Assembly: GCA_013265495.1 (NCBI GenBank)
Contig: MU058198.1
Location: 3,546,419-3,610,418 of the forward strand
Length of the DNA: 64,000 nt
From: Vicugna vicugna
Lineage: Eukaryota
Direction of reading: 5' to 3'
The notes beneath the pieces were generated by a model, which made no database searches, was not told the origin of the DNA, and was given only the letters and a program-made list of their open reading frames with translations. A program made the translations under genes and the position numbers. Within the stretch, counting starts at the first letter, position 1. Each line of letters opens with the position of its first letter. Shown here piece by piece: positions 50,265 through 62,529 of the stretch.

Positions 50265-50440
50265 GGGTTGTCACTCGTGGCTGTGAGTGACACTGACCTG
50301 GGGAGCTTTCAAAAGTCCCAGTGCCCTGGCCCTACCTCAGACCTATTAAATCAGCATATCTGGGGATGGGGCCAGAGCAGCAGCCTTTACTAAAGGTCCC
50401 CCTAGGTGATTAAAAGGGCAGCCAGGTTTGAGAGCCACTG
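50265..50440. mobile_element. MER5A-like hAT-Charlie fossil
   Basis: cacctacctcagacctattaaatcagcatatctggggatggggcc-like core ending ccaggtttgagagccactg. A related copy lies at about 52170-52322. Confidence 0.72.
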
Positions 50441-50704
50441 GAGGAGATAATCTGTACTTTCTGTGAAGCCTGGTGCAGTCGGTCTTTTGAACACCGCTGA
50501 TTGGACTGTAGTCACTTATCATTACAGGCAAGGCAGGCACATCCTGCCTTCATTACTGCAGCAAACTGCTCACTAATAGATGCATCTGAGAATACCAAAC
50601 CACAGGGACCCCAAGGAATAGAAAATGAAAATTAAATCACAGCAGCCTTAGGCACACGTATCACTCCTCCACATCAAAAATCTCTTAAATTAAAAAAAAG
50701 CATG

Positions 50705-50773
50705 TTTTATTTATTTATTTTATTGAATTTACAATGTTTGTGTTAATTTCTGGTATAAAGCATAGTGATTCAG

Positions 50774-50821
<48 letters not shown>

Positions 50822-50995
50822 GATTCATAATCATTTTACAGTGTTGTGTCAAATTCCAGTGTTCAGCACAATATATATAATAGTTTTTGTCTGCAAATCC
50901 CAGATTTCCGATTTATCCCTCCAGTGCCCCCTTCTTTCCCCCTGGTAACCATAAGTTTGTTTTCTTTTTTTTTTTCTTTTTTTTTTTTTTAGTTT
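50705..50995 (-). mobile_element. L1 3' end containing (TA)20 and a nested 54-bp younger L1 end (50817-50870)
   Basis: The nested piece matches the 7432/9964/25016 L1 terminus and is flanked by atatatataat at 50806-50816 and 50871-50881. Confidence 0.82.
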
Positions 50996-51496
50996 TAGAG
51001 TGTTTTAAAATGTAATTTTTGGGTAATATATTCACATGGGTTCAAAGAATATAAGAACGTATGCAGTTTTAAAGGCTCTTGTTCATGTCTCTCCTCCACC
51101 CGCCGACTGTCCACCGCCTCTTTGGATGCCCTTCCAGGAGTTTTCCCTTCTGTTCCCTTGTTTTCACAGGAAACGGGGGCATGCTACAGGTCACATTCTC
51201 CCCTTTGCCTTTTCTGCTCGTATTTGGTTAGCAGGCTCCAGTATGGAGGCATGACTGGCATTTGCTCTGACTTGCTGGGTGTCCTCACTGACTGGCAGGG
51301 GCTCATGCCGTCTCCCCTACCTCCCCGGCCTTGCATCTTGGAGAACTTTCTCTTATCAGTGCAAAATTCCACTTAAAAAAGTGAGATGCAAAGTTTTCCA
51401 TTGTATGGAAGATTCATAATTTATTAAACCAGTCCTCTGGTGGTGGGCTTTAGATTATTTCCAATTTGGCAAACAATGCCATTAAGGATAATTCGA

Positions 51497-51856
51497 GATT
51501 TGTAGATACTATGTATAAAATAGATACACAACCAGATGCTACTGTATAACACAGGGAAAACTATATTCAATGCCTTGTAATAGCCTGTAATGAAAAAGAA
51601 TATATATACCTGTAACTGAATCACTATGCTGTACACACCAGAAATTAACACAACATTTTAAATCGACTGTACTTCTTTTTTTTAAAAATTTTTGTGGGTT
51701 TTTTTTGGGGGGAGGAATTAGTTTCATTTGTTTGCTTTCTTGTTTATTTATTTAATGGAGGTACTGGGGATTGAACCCAGGACGTCGTGCATGCTAAGCA
51801 TGCACTCTACCAGTGAGCTATATCCTCCCCCTTGACTGTACTTCAATTAAAAAAAA
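51497..51856 (+). mobile_element. L1 3' end interrupted by a SINE
   Basis: actgtataacacaggg...gaatcactatgctgtacacaccagaaattaacac...gactgtacttcaatt followed by an A-tail. Confidence 0.88.
51676..51833 (-). mobile_element. tRNA-Ala-derived SINE (vic-1-like)
   Basis: ggaggtactggggattgaacccaggacgtcgtgcatgctaagcatgcactctacc. TSD gactgtacttc at 51665-51675 and 51834-51844. Confidence 0.92.
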
Positions 51857-54583
51857 TAATGTTGTGGTCAATGTATCTTTTCAGATGTGTAGAAATTCAT
51901 TGGTAGAATTCCTGTAGTGCTGTTTATTGGTGAAAGGGCATTTACTAGGGTCTAACTAGCACTGAGATCCTAACTAGAGTGTAACTAGCAATGAGAAGAT
52001 TTGCATGACCCAGTGTTGCTGCACCAGGCTGCTTTGCTTCAGCAGCTGTGGTAGGTGCAGAATTAGATTTGCTTCTTTCCCTTGGTCTCTGAGGAAACAT
52101 CGGAAGGGGCAGCTGAACATTTTGCATCTGATGGTTTTAGAGGAGATGCTTCTTGTGCTTCAGTTTTTCCAAGGCCTCTTCTTGGACCATCTGCATGCAT
52201 CCCCTGGTCTTTGTTAATAGTGCAGACCTGAGACTCCACTAGAACTTTTGGGTGGAGCCTGATCAGTTTTTAATAGGCTCCCCAGGCGATGCTTCGATAC
52301 ACTGGACTTTGAGAAGCACTGTTCTCGAGGATTTGTTGTAGAGCAGTGCCCTGGGAGGAAACACTCTCATGTGAGTGCACAGTAGGACCACGCTGGCTCA
52401 TCCAGAACAGAATCTGAATCTGCAACTGCCATGAATGTCAAAAGCTTTATAATCCCAAGTAAAGACGTGGTCTTGGCATAGGCTGAATATAACGTTTGGT
52501 GATCAGTCCCTAATACAGCATTTCCAACTTTGCTGTCATGTGACTAAAATAACAAAACAGGAGAAACACTGTTGACAACTTAAAAATAAATGACCAGTTG
52601 TTGGAATCGCAGGGAAATCTCCATTAATTGTAAGGCAGATGGGGCTGGGTTGGAGCCATTCACTCCAGCATCACATCCAGAAACAAACGGTAACTGGAAA
52701 TAATAGGAAAACCCTTGTCTCTCTTCCACTGTCCTATTCCAAGACTAAGAGATCCAGGTTTGTACCAGGTGAAAAGTCATCCCTCTTCTGCTAAAGAATC
52801 ACTTTTGAAAATGACAAGAGGCTTCTTACAACCCCCAGTCTTCCTACGTTCATTCAGAGAAGTCAGGAAGGTGAAGGAGGCAGTTTCCTTGTGCACTGGT
52901 TAGTGCAGGGATCTGCTGTTGGCACACTGAACCCTGAGTGGTGAGACATGCATAGGTAAGGTGCATAAGGGAGACCAAAGAAACTGTGGTGTAAGTGCAT
53001 CCTGGAGTCAGACAATCAGGTAGACGAGGAGAGAGAACAGAGCTGCACTGCATGGGGGCTCGCTAGGAACCTGGTGCTGTACGCACTATTCTGCCCTCCA
53101 GCTTGGCTTGAAAAGGGGATTCGACCCCATCAAAGTGGGCAGAGAGCAGGACCACAGATAATCTACACAACTATCTTTTGGCAAATAAACGTTTTGGCAG
53201 AAGGTATTAATTATTAACAACTATACCACTCTGGTGGAAGATGTTGATACTAAGGGAGCCTATGCCTGGATGGAGGTATATGAGAAATTTCTGTACCTTC
53301 CCCTCAATTTTGCTGTGAACCTTAAACTGCTCTAAAAAATAAAATCTTAATAATAAAAATAAAATAGATGGCAGATGTCAAACTTATTTGTGAATGAAAA
53401 GCAATATAGTGTAAAAATAACTTCATAAGCTTTTATGAAGATTTGAGTCTAAAATCCTAAATTATGTTAATGAAGACTGCAAAGCAGATAATAAGGGTGA
53501 GGATAAGGAAAATTTACTTAATTTACTGTCTTTTTTATGGAAGACTTAATGAGAAAATATGCTATCAACTTTCTCTGATCAAAATGAAGTAAAACTAGAA
53601 GTTAATTTAAAAAAAGTTTATAAAACTCAAGGACTTAAAAATAAAACATTTTCCTTAATAATCCTGGGACATATTCAACATGGTGCTGGATGTTCTAGCT
53701 GAACATTGTAATCAGGCAATAAAAGGAAATAAAAGGCGTAGAGATAAGAAAGGAAGAAATAAACTTGTCCTTATTTGTAGATGACGTGATTGTCTATGCA
53801 GAAAATCCCAAGGAATCTACAAAACAACAACAACAAACAAAACCAAAAAAACCCTATTACAATTAATAAATGAGTTTGGCAAGGTTGTAGGATACAAGCT
53901 AAACATACAAAAATCAATTATCTTTTTATATACTAGCAATGAACACGAAAGACTCAACGTATTAGAGACGTCAGTTCTCCCCGAATGTATACACAGGTCT
54001 TTGATACAATTCTTATCAAAATCCCAACAAAATTATTTTTCAGATAAAAACAAGATGATTCTGTAATTTGTATGAAAAGGCAAAGGAGCTGGAATAGCTA
54101 AATCAGTTTTGAAAAAGTAGAATTAAGTGGGAGGAATCAGTCTCCTTATTCAGCTACAGTAATCAAGGCTGTGTGGTGCTGGTGGAAGGATGGACACGTA
54201 GATCAATGGAACAGAAGAGAGAACCCAGAAATAAGGCCCACACAAGTATGCTCAATTGATACGTGACAAAGACACAGAAATAGTTCAATGTAGGAAAGAA
54301 ATTTTCAACAGGTGGAGCTGGAACAGTTGTACACCTGTGGGTGAAAAAGTGAACCTGGGCTTAAGTCTCACAGCCTATAAAATATGAACTCAAAATAGAC
54401 CAGCACCTTACCATGTAAAACATAAAACTATAAAACTCTTAGAAGAAAACATAGGAGGAAAATCTTTGGAATCTAGGGATTAGAACTGAGCCAGGCAGAG
54501 TCTTCTTAGACTTGACACCAAATGCATGAACCATAAAAGGAAAAGTCGTTTAACTTGGACCTCATCAAAATTTAAAACTATTG

Positions 54584-54702
54584 AAGGAGAGGGTATAGCT
54601 CAGTGGGAGAGTGTGTGCTTAGGTCCTGAATTCAATCCCCAGTATCTCCATTGAAATAGATAAATAAATATACGTAATTACCTCCCCTCCTCCCCCAGAC
54701 TC
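54584..54702 (+). mobile_element. tRNA-Ala-derived SINE with internal deletion
   Basis: gagggtatagctcagtgggagag...ttcaatccccagtatctcc. TSD aaaactattg at 54574-54583 and 54703-54712. Confidence 0.88.
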
Positions 54703-54805
54703 AAAACTATTGCTTTGTGAAAGACACTGGTAAGAGGATGAAAAAATAAACTAAAACTGGGACCAATTATTTGCAAACCATGTATCTGCAAAGGACTATT
54801 ACCTG

Positions 54806-54936
54806 TTTATTTGTTTTGGGGGAGAGGTAACTAGGTTTATTTATTTTATTTTATTTTTTGTTGGAGGTACCGGGGATTGAACCCAGGATCTCATGCACGC
54901 TAGGCATGCACTCTACCACTGAGCTAGACTCTCCCT
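54806..54936 (-). mobile_element. tRNA-Ala-derived SINE (vic-1-like)
   Basis: TSD caaaggactatta(c/t)ctg at 54789-54805 and 54937-54953. Confidence 0.92.
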
Positions 54937-56697
54937 CAAAGGACTATTATCTGGAATGTATAAAGAACCTTCAGACTTCAACTAAACAAACAATCCAATT
55001 AGAAAGTGGGCAAAAGATATCAACAGACATTTCACTGAAGAAGAGATACAGATGGCAAATGATCACATAAAAATATATTCAGTGCCACACACACATGCAC
55101 ACACACAGTCCACAATGAGATACCACTGCACACTTCTCAGATTGGCTAAAATGAAAAAAAAAATAATGACACCACCAAATCCTAGTGAAGATGTGGAGCA
55201 CTGGACCACTGTTACACATTTTTGGTGGGAATGTAAAATGGGACAGCTACTCCGGAAAATAGTTCAGCAGTTTCTTAAAAAACGAAATCTGATATGACCC
55301 AGGAATTGTACTCTTGGGTGTTTGTCACTGAGAAATGAAAACTGATGCCCACACAAAAACCGCTGTGCCAATGTGGATAGCAGCTTTATTCATAATAGCC
55401 AAAAAGCTGGAGACAACCCAAATGTCCTTCAATAAGTAAATGGCTAAGCAAATGGTGGTATGTCCATTCTATGGAACATTACTCAGCAATTAAGAGGAAC
55501 AGACTGCCGATATGCTCAGCACCCTGGATGAATCACCAGAGAGTTATGCCAAGTTGAAAAAGCTCATCCCCAAAGGTTATACTATACTGTGTGATTATAA
55601 TTACATAACATTTTTGAAATGTCAAAATTATAGAAATACAGAAATGGAGAACAGATTAGTGATTTCCAGGAGTGAGGAGAGGGTGGGAGCAGAGAGATGT
55701 GGGTGTGACTGTAAAAGGGCAACATGAAGCATCTTTGTGAAATGTTCTTTATCTTAACTATGTCAGTGGGAATATCGTGGTTATGATAGCATACTGTAGT
55801 TTTGCAATATGTTACTTTTGGGAAGAACAGGGTAAAAGATAGATAGGATCTCTCTCTTATTTTTATAACTGCCTGGAGATCTACAACTGTGTCAAAAAAT
55901 TAATTAAAAATGTAAAATTTTAGGCCATTTAGTATAACTTATAAACTGTAGATCAGACCTTATGACGTGATGTCACATCAGTATCCCACATTCATAGTCT
56001 TAAACGCTTTAAGAAATTTTAACAAACCAAAAAAGACAATAAATTAAGCATTCCACTTAAAAGGTGCAGGGAAAAAAAAACCAACAACCCCACAAGAGAA
56101 GTGTAAGGACAGTAGGAGTAAGAATGCAGAATTAGAATGTAGCATTAGAATGTGTAGTACGTTACACTGATGTGAAAAAGCATTAGAATGTATACAAAGC
56201 ATTGTGTTGATAACTTGAAGAGTTAGCCCTGGAAAACAGGACAGAACAAAACAAACAGAAGCCAATAAAATAGATCTACTTTTAACTAATCATATATATA
56301 AAACGTATAATGAATAATAATGAATATATATATCTACAATATACTAATTGAGAATGAAAAAGGACATGAATACAGAGATAGAAAAAATTATAAGATAAGA
56401 CATCTTACTGTGATGGTGTTCAGAACAGGTTACGTGGATTTATAGCATAGCTTTGTTACTGTATCCTTCTGATCTTGGATCAGTTGTTTGCCCTGTAAGT
56501 TTCAGTCTCTTCCACTGTAAACTGGGGATAATGATGCGGTGTTTGTGTGGATTCAGTGAAATAATACATATAAATAGCTCAACCCATTGCTGGGCACTTC
56601 GTAGAACTCAGGTGGTACCTGGTGTTACTTTTTGGTATTAAATTTGAAAAATCTAAGAAAACAGAAATTATTGCCATAAGAGAGAGTCTGTCTAGAT

Positions 56698-56904
56698 TAG
56701 GGGTTGGAAACGTTTTTCTTAAAAGGGGCAGATAGTAAATATTTTAGGTTTGCGGGGCATTCTGTAGCCATGACTGAACTCTGCCATTGTAGCATGAAAG
56801 TGGCCATAGACAATTTGCAAAGAAGTGGACATGACTGTTTGAATAAAACTTTATTCATAAAAACAAGTGACAGGCTTGCAAAGGCTGTAGTTTATTGGCC
56901 CCTG
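56698..56904. mobile_element. MER58A (hAT-Charlie)
   Basis: aggggttggaaac...cagatagtaaatattttaggtttgcgggg...aataaaactttatt...ggcccctg, flanked by gtctagat and gtctagga. Confidence 0.87.
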
Positions 56905-56934
56905 GTCTAGGACCAAGAACAAGGAAGGAAATGG

Positions 56935-57790
56935 TGAAAGTTTTCAAATCCGTCAGCAAAACCTCCAGGACAGATGATCCTTCTGGTTTAAAAAAAATTT
57001 CTCTCAACCATAGAAAAAGAGGAGAACCATCTCAGTTCTTTCCCCTGACCTAACATTATACAGACACAAAAACCTGATAAAGATAACACACAAAATAAAG
57101 CCATAGTGTGATCTCACTTATAAAGACAGAGAAAATAGTCCTGAATTAAATCTGGGCAAATGGAATCTTTTGGATATTAAAAGAACAATGCATCATGATC
57201 AAGGAAGGTTCATTCTAGAAATACATTATGGTTTATTATTAGGAAGTCTATTAATAACTCCCATCAATATCTCAAAGGAAAAAGTGTGATCATCTTCATA
57301 GATGCCAAAAAAGCATTTGTTAATATTTCAACATTAATTTTTCGTAAAAACTCTTGGAGAAAGAACTAAGAATAAAAATACACTTTCTCAGCGTGATGCA
57401 CACTATCTGTGGCCAACCAGTAGCCAAAAATATGCTTAATTTTTCAATACTCGAGGCGTTCGCATTAAAGAGAAGAATAAATGAAGAAGGGGTGAAGGAT
57501 CAATCAACACTGTTATTTGTCATTGTTTTGGGTGCTCTGGTCCGTGAAACAGGAAAAGAAACAGATGTAAGTAGTAATTCCATGTTGGAAAAAAAGAATG
57601 CCAAATTAACATTACTCATAGGTTACATTAGCATTTATTTTAGAAACTCTAAAGGAATCAATTGAAAAACTATTAGTACTAATAAGAGAGTTATAGGTAA
57701 GGGGCAAGTTACAAAATTTATCAACCAAAATCAATAACTTTCTTAGAGAGCAGCCCTAACTAGTTGGATGACATAATGGAAAAATAGTCC
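56935..57790 (+). mobile_element. Very old L1 ORF2 remnant
   Basis: gtgtgatcatcttcatagatgccaaaaaagcattt corresponds to the L1 RT motif IISIDAEKAF; heavily decayed. Confidence 0.78.
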
Positions 57791-58197
57791 CTTTTGGTCT
57801 CTAGTGTCACCTCCCTGTCCACTGGCTCCATGCTTGGCAGAAGGCCAGAGAAGAGTGCTGTACCCCTCTGACAGAGGAGAGGTTATGGTGATGAGGAGAG
57901 ATAATACACTCAGATGTCACAAGTGTTGCGTTTCAAGTCCTTGCTCTACGATCTACCAGCTTCGTCGCGTGGGAAACTTGTATTAAAGCACTCTGAAGCT
58001 TCAGAATGTTCTGAACTATAAAATAAGAAAATGCTCTCATTTACCTTGGGACACTGTTGGAAAGATTACCCATGGGTGAATGTATTTTATTTAACCAAGT
58101 TACACATGTATAAATTCTGTAGATTAAATAGCTCATATAATAGAGAGTCTATGTGCCTTTAAAAATGTACCACTTTCTGAGATGCCTAAGACACACA

Positions 58198-58360
58198 ATT
58201 GATTTATAATGTTGTGTTACTTTGTGGTGTACAGCATAGTGATTCATTTATACATATGTATATATTCCTTTTCATTTTCTTTTTCATTATAGGCCATTAC
58301 AAGGTATTGAATATAGTTACCCAGAACCTTGTTGTTTATCTATTTTATATAATAGTAGTT
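58198..58360 (-). mobile_element. L1 3' end fragment
   Basis: ttgatttataatgttgtgttac...gtacagcatagtgattca...acaaggtattgaatatagtt. Confidence 0.82.
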
Positions 58361-60330
58361 AGTGGGAATGTGTTTTTGTAGGAAACGTTCTTGAATGGAG
58401 TGATTTAAATTTTTCCCACCCTGCCACGCAACCCTTGCATGAAATAACACTGGGCATGAACCCCACAGACAGCTAGGAGTGAAATCTGCCTCCGCCTTGC
58501 TGTAATTATATTGTCTTTTGCATCCTTATCCTCATCTTAAGTGTCAAACCTAACATTTATTGTGGATTTATTACATGTCAGGTGCTGTTTTAGGACCTTG
58601 GTAATGAATGAATTCATTCTTCCCTCACAATGTGGAGGGAAAGAGACCACAGGCGAAGGCAGTGGGTATCCAGGTTTTCCCCCAGGTCACTGCTGGCACT
58701 TTTCTGGAGAGGTGACAGCTTGGTTCCATATGCATCCATAAACTCAAGATTGGTTTGGTCTGGACTCAACTCTCATCTTCCTATATGCTCTTAGAAATCA
58801 TCTTATCCTAGGAGAAAAATTTGGAGAAAACACTGGAGCTGGAGTGCTCCAGTCTTGCCTGTGGTCTCAGAAGGGTGCAATTACTTTCACTTTAATACAT
58901 AATCTACCAGAGGGACTTCTAGTATATCCAGAAGATGGGGTACCAACATAGTATTGGCAAGTTGTGAAACATTTCTAACTGTATCCGGAAAGGTTGCCTG
59001 AGTCTATTGCCTCAAAGTCTATAAAATTAGAATTCCATGATGTCATCTTTGAGCTTTAATATAGCTTAAAATTATCTTTCTGTAGGTTGTGTTTCTTTCT
59101 GAAACATTTTAAATTTAGAAAATTAACTTCTTAAACTTTTTTTAAGTTAAATCTTTAGATTTTTTATTCACCCTCCTGTGGGGGAGTTGGAATGACAAAT
59201 GCTTGAGTCATCTAAGTCAAATGTTAGGGCACGCTGGCCATCCTGGGGATGTCAAGATCTCCGTGCCCTCAGATGGTTCTGTTTGGCCAGGATTTCTTCT
59301 TGGCAGGGCTTAGGGGTGCAGGTGGGCTCCAGTATGCATGCTGCACTCAAGCCAGGTCCCCTTTCTATTGTTGGGTGGCTGGAGGGAGGGCTACAAAGGG
59401 TGACAGTGTTCAGGGGTCAGGGGCAGGTCTTGATGGACCAGATTCTGGGAGCAGAGTAATTTTTCTTCATCACCTGTTCATGAACTCTCATGGGTTCCAG
59501 TTCATGGTGCAGCTCTATGTCAACCTTCCAAAAACCGGTTTGCTGAAATTAATTCGAATTGACCAGTTCCATATCAGCGTTTTAGGGAGCGTCTGATTTG
59601 TTCCCATCCCTCCTCCGTGTTGTTGCTGGCCGGGAAGGAATGAAAGGGGAGACTGAAGGACAGAGAGAGGAGGGGGACTGAGGGGCAAGGAGGGGTGCTG
59701 ACGAGCAAAGAGAGAAGGGACTGAAGGGCAGGGAGGAGGCTACTGAGAGGGATGAGGGGACAGAGGGGACATGGTGGCACTGAGGGGCAGAGAACAGGAG
59801 TCTGAGGGGCAGGGGGCAACAGCTTCGTCATTTCAGTGACCAGAGATCCATTTGTTTTTTGACTTTCCGATCACCCCAGGAGCATCCTGACAGTTCTAGC
59901 AGTGGGAATGTGAAAGGCTAGGTCTTTATTTCACTCAGTTCCTGCTGTGTGTGGTGAGTGTGGGTGAGTGAGGGGGAAGGTTGTCCTGTTGTCAGGAGGT
60001 AATTTACCACTGACGGGGGATGATCCGGAAATGATGTATGTGATCCGTCCCCCGCCACCTTTGGACTTATGATTATTAATTTCCTCCTCCAACTTATCAG
60101 GCTGTGAAACCCCATCTTCCTGTATGATGGATGACAGCTGGCAGGGCACCTCATGGAGGGAAGGTAGGGTGTGTGTGCACATAATAGGTGTCCATAAGTA
60201 TCAGATGAATAAGTAAATGAAGAGTCTACTGAGTGACCTCTTGGCTTCTTGGAAGTCACAGACCAAAAGCCACAGAATCTCAGTGCTGGAACGTCCTACT
60301 GATCTGTACATCCAGGAGGGATGGAGGAAG

Positions 60331-60524
60331 CAGTAGTGTGGTGATAAGTGTTCAGTAATGGGCTCTCTGATTAAAAAAACAGAAACAAAAACACAACCCT
60401 AGTATGTAAGGCTTGCTGATCGGCGATTCCCATCGTGTAAATATCCCACCGTGGTCAATTTCATGTGATGCTTCTGAACACAGAGTTGAGAAGAGATGCA
60501 GGAGCTGGCTCAAACGCACAGCTG
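60331..60524. mobile_element. MER63-like (hAT-Blackjack)
   Basis: cagtagtgtg start, gtgtaaatatcccaccgtgg and gagttgagaagagatgc internally; flanked by duplicated gaggaag. Confidence 0.78.
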
Positions 60525-60783
60525 GAGGAAGGTGTGTGAGTGGGGCACACGAACAGCAGTAAAAAGCTCACACTGCTGTCTCCTAGCACAACTTTGTGTG
60601 CATGACATATGTCCTCTCATTTTATCCCTGTAGCAACTCTGGAATCTAGGATTTATCTCTCCCTATTACGGATGGAGCAGCTGGGGCTCAGAGGGGTTAA
60701 ATAATGTATCTTGTATTGTCATCAGCAGCAGCGTGGATTCTAAGGCCCGCCCCGTGTCCTCTCTACTCACTTCGCTGGGCCGT

Positions 60784-60798
60784 CCAAGGTCAAGGTCA
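60784..60798 (+). promoter_or_regulatory. Nuclear-receptor DR0 element (candidate)
   Basis: CCAAGGTCAAGGTCA; motif match only. Confidence 0.35.
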
Positions 60799-61187
60799 GG
60801 GCATGCGTTTCATATGGCGCATTTGAATACCAGAGAATAATAGGGCTGGCTGATTTCTGACAGGACAGTATTAGAGAGAAGCTTCACTCAGGGACAGCTT
60901 TGCTAAAGAGGTGACTTAAAGTGGCTGTAAAGAATGCGAAGAGGTGGGTTACCCGGCGGACATAGTGTTAAAGGGTGAGTTACATCACCTGGCTAATCCT
61001 CAGTTTCCCCATCTGTAAAATGGGGCCCTGACAGTCTACTTCAAAGGATTGTTAAGACGATTAAATGCAATAAATATATAAAGTGCTTAGCATCAGGCCT
61101 GACGTGTAATTAATTCACGGAAATGCTGATCCTCTGCAGCCTAACCTTTTCTTCTTGAATTCCTCTTTATACTGTGACTAAGGAGGG

Positions 61188-61355
61188 CAGCGGTCCTCAG
61201 ACTTCAGTGTGCATGAGTCACCTGGGGATCTAGCAGTTAAGATGCAGATTGTGATTCAGCAGGTCTGGGGAGGGAGCTGAGATTCTGCATTTCCATCAGG
61301 CTCCCAGATGATGACAGTGATGCTGGTTCACAGATCGCACTTCGAGTAGCCAGGG
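61188..61355. mobile_element. MER5A
   Basis: gagtcacctggggatct...gatgcagattgtgattcagcaggtctgggg...gagattctgcatttcc...ctcccagatgatg. Confidence 0.85.
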
Positions 61356-62044
61356 GCTGGAACACCCTGATGCGGCATTTTGGTATCCTGCTGCTAAAAT
61401 TCTCCTCTGTCTCTCCCCGTGACCTCCAAGAAATTGTTACAGTCTGGTTCCTCTGGGGCAATTTCTCTGGGGCAGCCCCTCCACTCTGCCCTGCCACGAG
61501 CATCTTCTCTGGGGCAGCACCAGCTTGCTGTGGGGAATCTGGAAACTGGGTGCCTCTCCTTTTCATTTCCCTTGAGCTTAGTTTTGGTTCTGCCAGGACT
61601 TTGCTGTGCAATCTTTGCCAAATCTCTTCTCTTTAGGATTTAATTTCTAAATTTGCAAAATAAGACAGTAGGACAGAGTGACCTTCCAGCTGGGGCTTCC
61701 GAAGTTCTGTGAATCTGTGATTCCAGCTGGTCGGCTCATTCTTCTTCCAGTCATAAGGAGAACTTGACTTCATTTCTGAGCTCTAGGTTTTTCGTGGAGT
61801 CTCCAAAGGCATTTAGAAGAGTAGAGTTAGGGCTTAGGAGGAGGAAGGGTCAGGATTTATTCCAAATCTTCTGGTGGGTCCAGAGAGGTGAAGAGGAAGG
61901 ACTGGGCACAGGAACTTCCTTGCTTTGGGGCTTAAACCACATTTCCAGGGAATGGTTACCAATTACTGAATATAAACATAACAGGTGCTGTGCCAGGAAC
62001 TAATAGGGGACATTTGTCATGCTTTCTGACTTCTTAAACACCGT

Positions 62045-62525
62045 TTTTATGTTGGGAAATTCCCCACTTTATAAAACCTCTCCCCCCTGTAACGTAGAGT
62101 TAAGGGACCCACTTTCCCAGTCTCTCTTGCAGCTAGAGCACAGACATGTGACCTGGGATCTGCTGATTGGATGCCTCCTGGCTGGACTTTGAATTGGCTG
62201 CTAGTGACAGAAGGAGCAGACACTGGGCAGTGCATTCTGGAGAGAGAGGTGGTAGATATATCCAGACTACAGAGGCAGCTGTGGGAAGGCTTCTAGCCGG
62301 TTCTGCCCCATGTGAATGTTGAATATTCACAGCATCTGTGGTGTGGACTCTAGAGTGGCGTCCGTGATTCCTCTGTGCACGGGTTCTGGGGTGTGGTTCA
62401 GACGTTCCTCCCAGCTGTGTGGCTTCCAGTCACATTCTCTAGACTGCCCAGAGATGAAACACCTTTCCTGCCGAGGCTGGTTAGCGTGGGTTTCCATTGT
62501 TTGTAAACAGCAGTCTTGACTGCTG
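62045..62525. mobile_element. ERVL LTR (LTR33-like)
   Basis: actttcccagtctctcttgcagctagagcacagacatgtgacctggg motif. Confidence 0.65.
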
Positions 62526-62529
62526 ACAA

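Larger units (their letters stand above)
53665..55915 (+). mobile_element. Degraded L1 (L1MC1-like) ORF2 plus 3' UTR
   Basis: RT-domain remnant ttatttgtagatgacgtgattgtctatgcagaaaatccc ([13 protein letters not shown], cf. L1 LFADDMIVY), C-terminal acaatgagataccactgcaca and an L1MC-type 3' end. Many stops and deletions. Confidence 0.88.

Noticed and set aside
55515..55535. REST/RE1-like tcagcaccctgga
   Set aside because: The right half-site is missing and it lies within L1 3' sequence.
58832..58853. 8-bp stem hairpin actggagc/gctccagt
   Set aside because: Expected by chance in 64 kb; a bacterial terminator interpretation does not apply.
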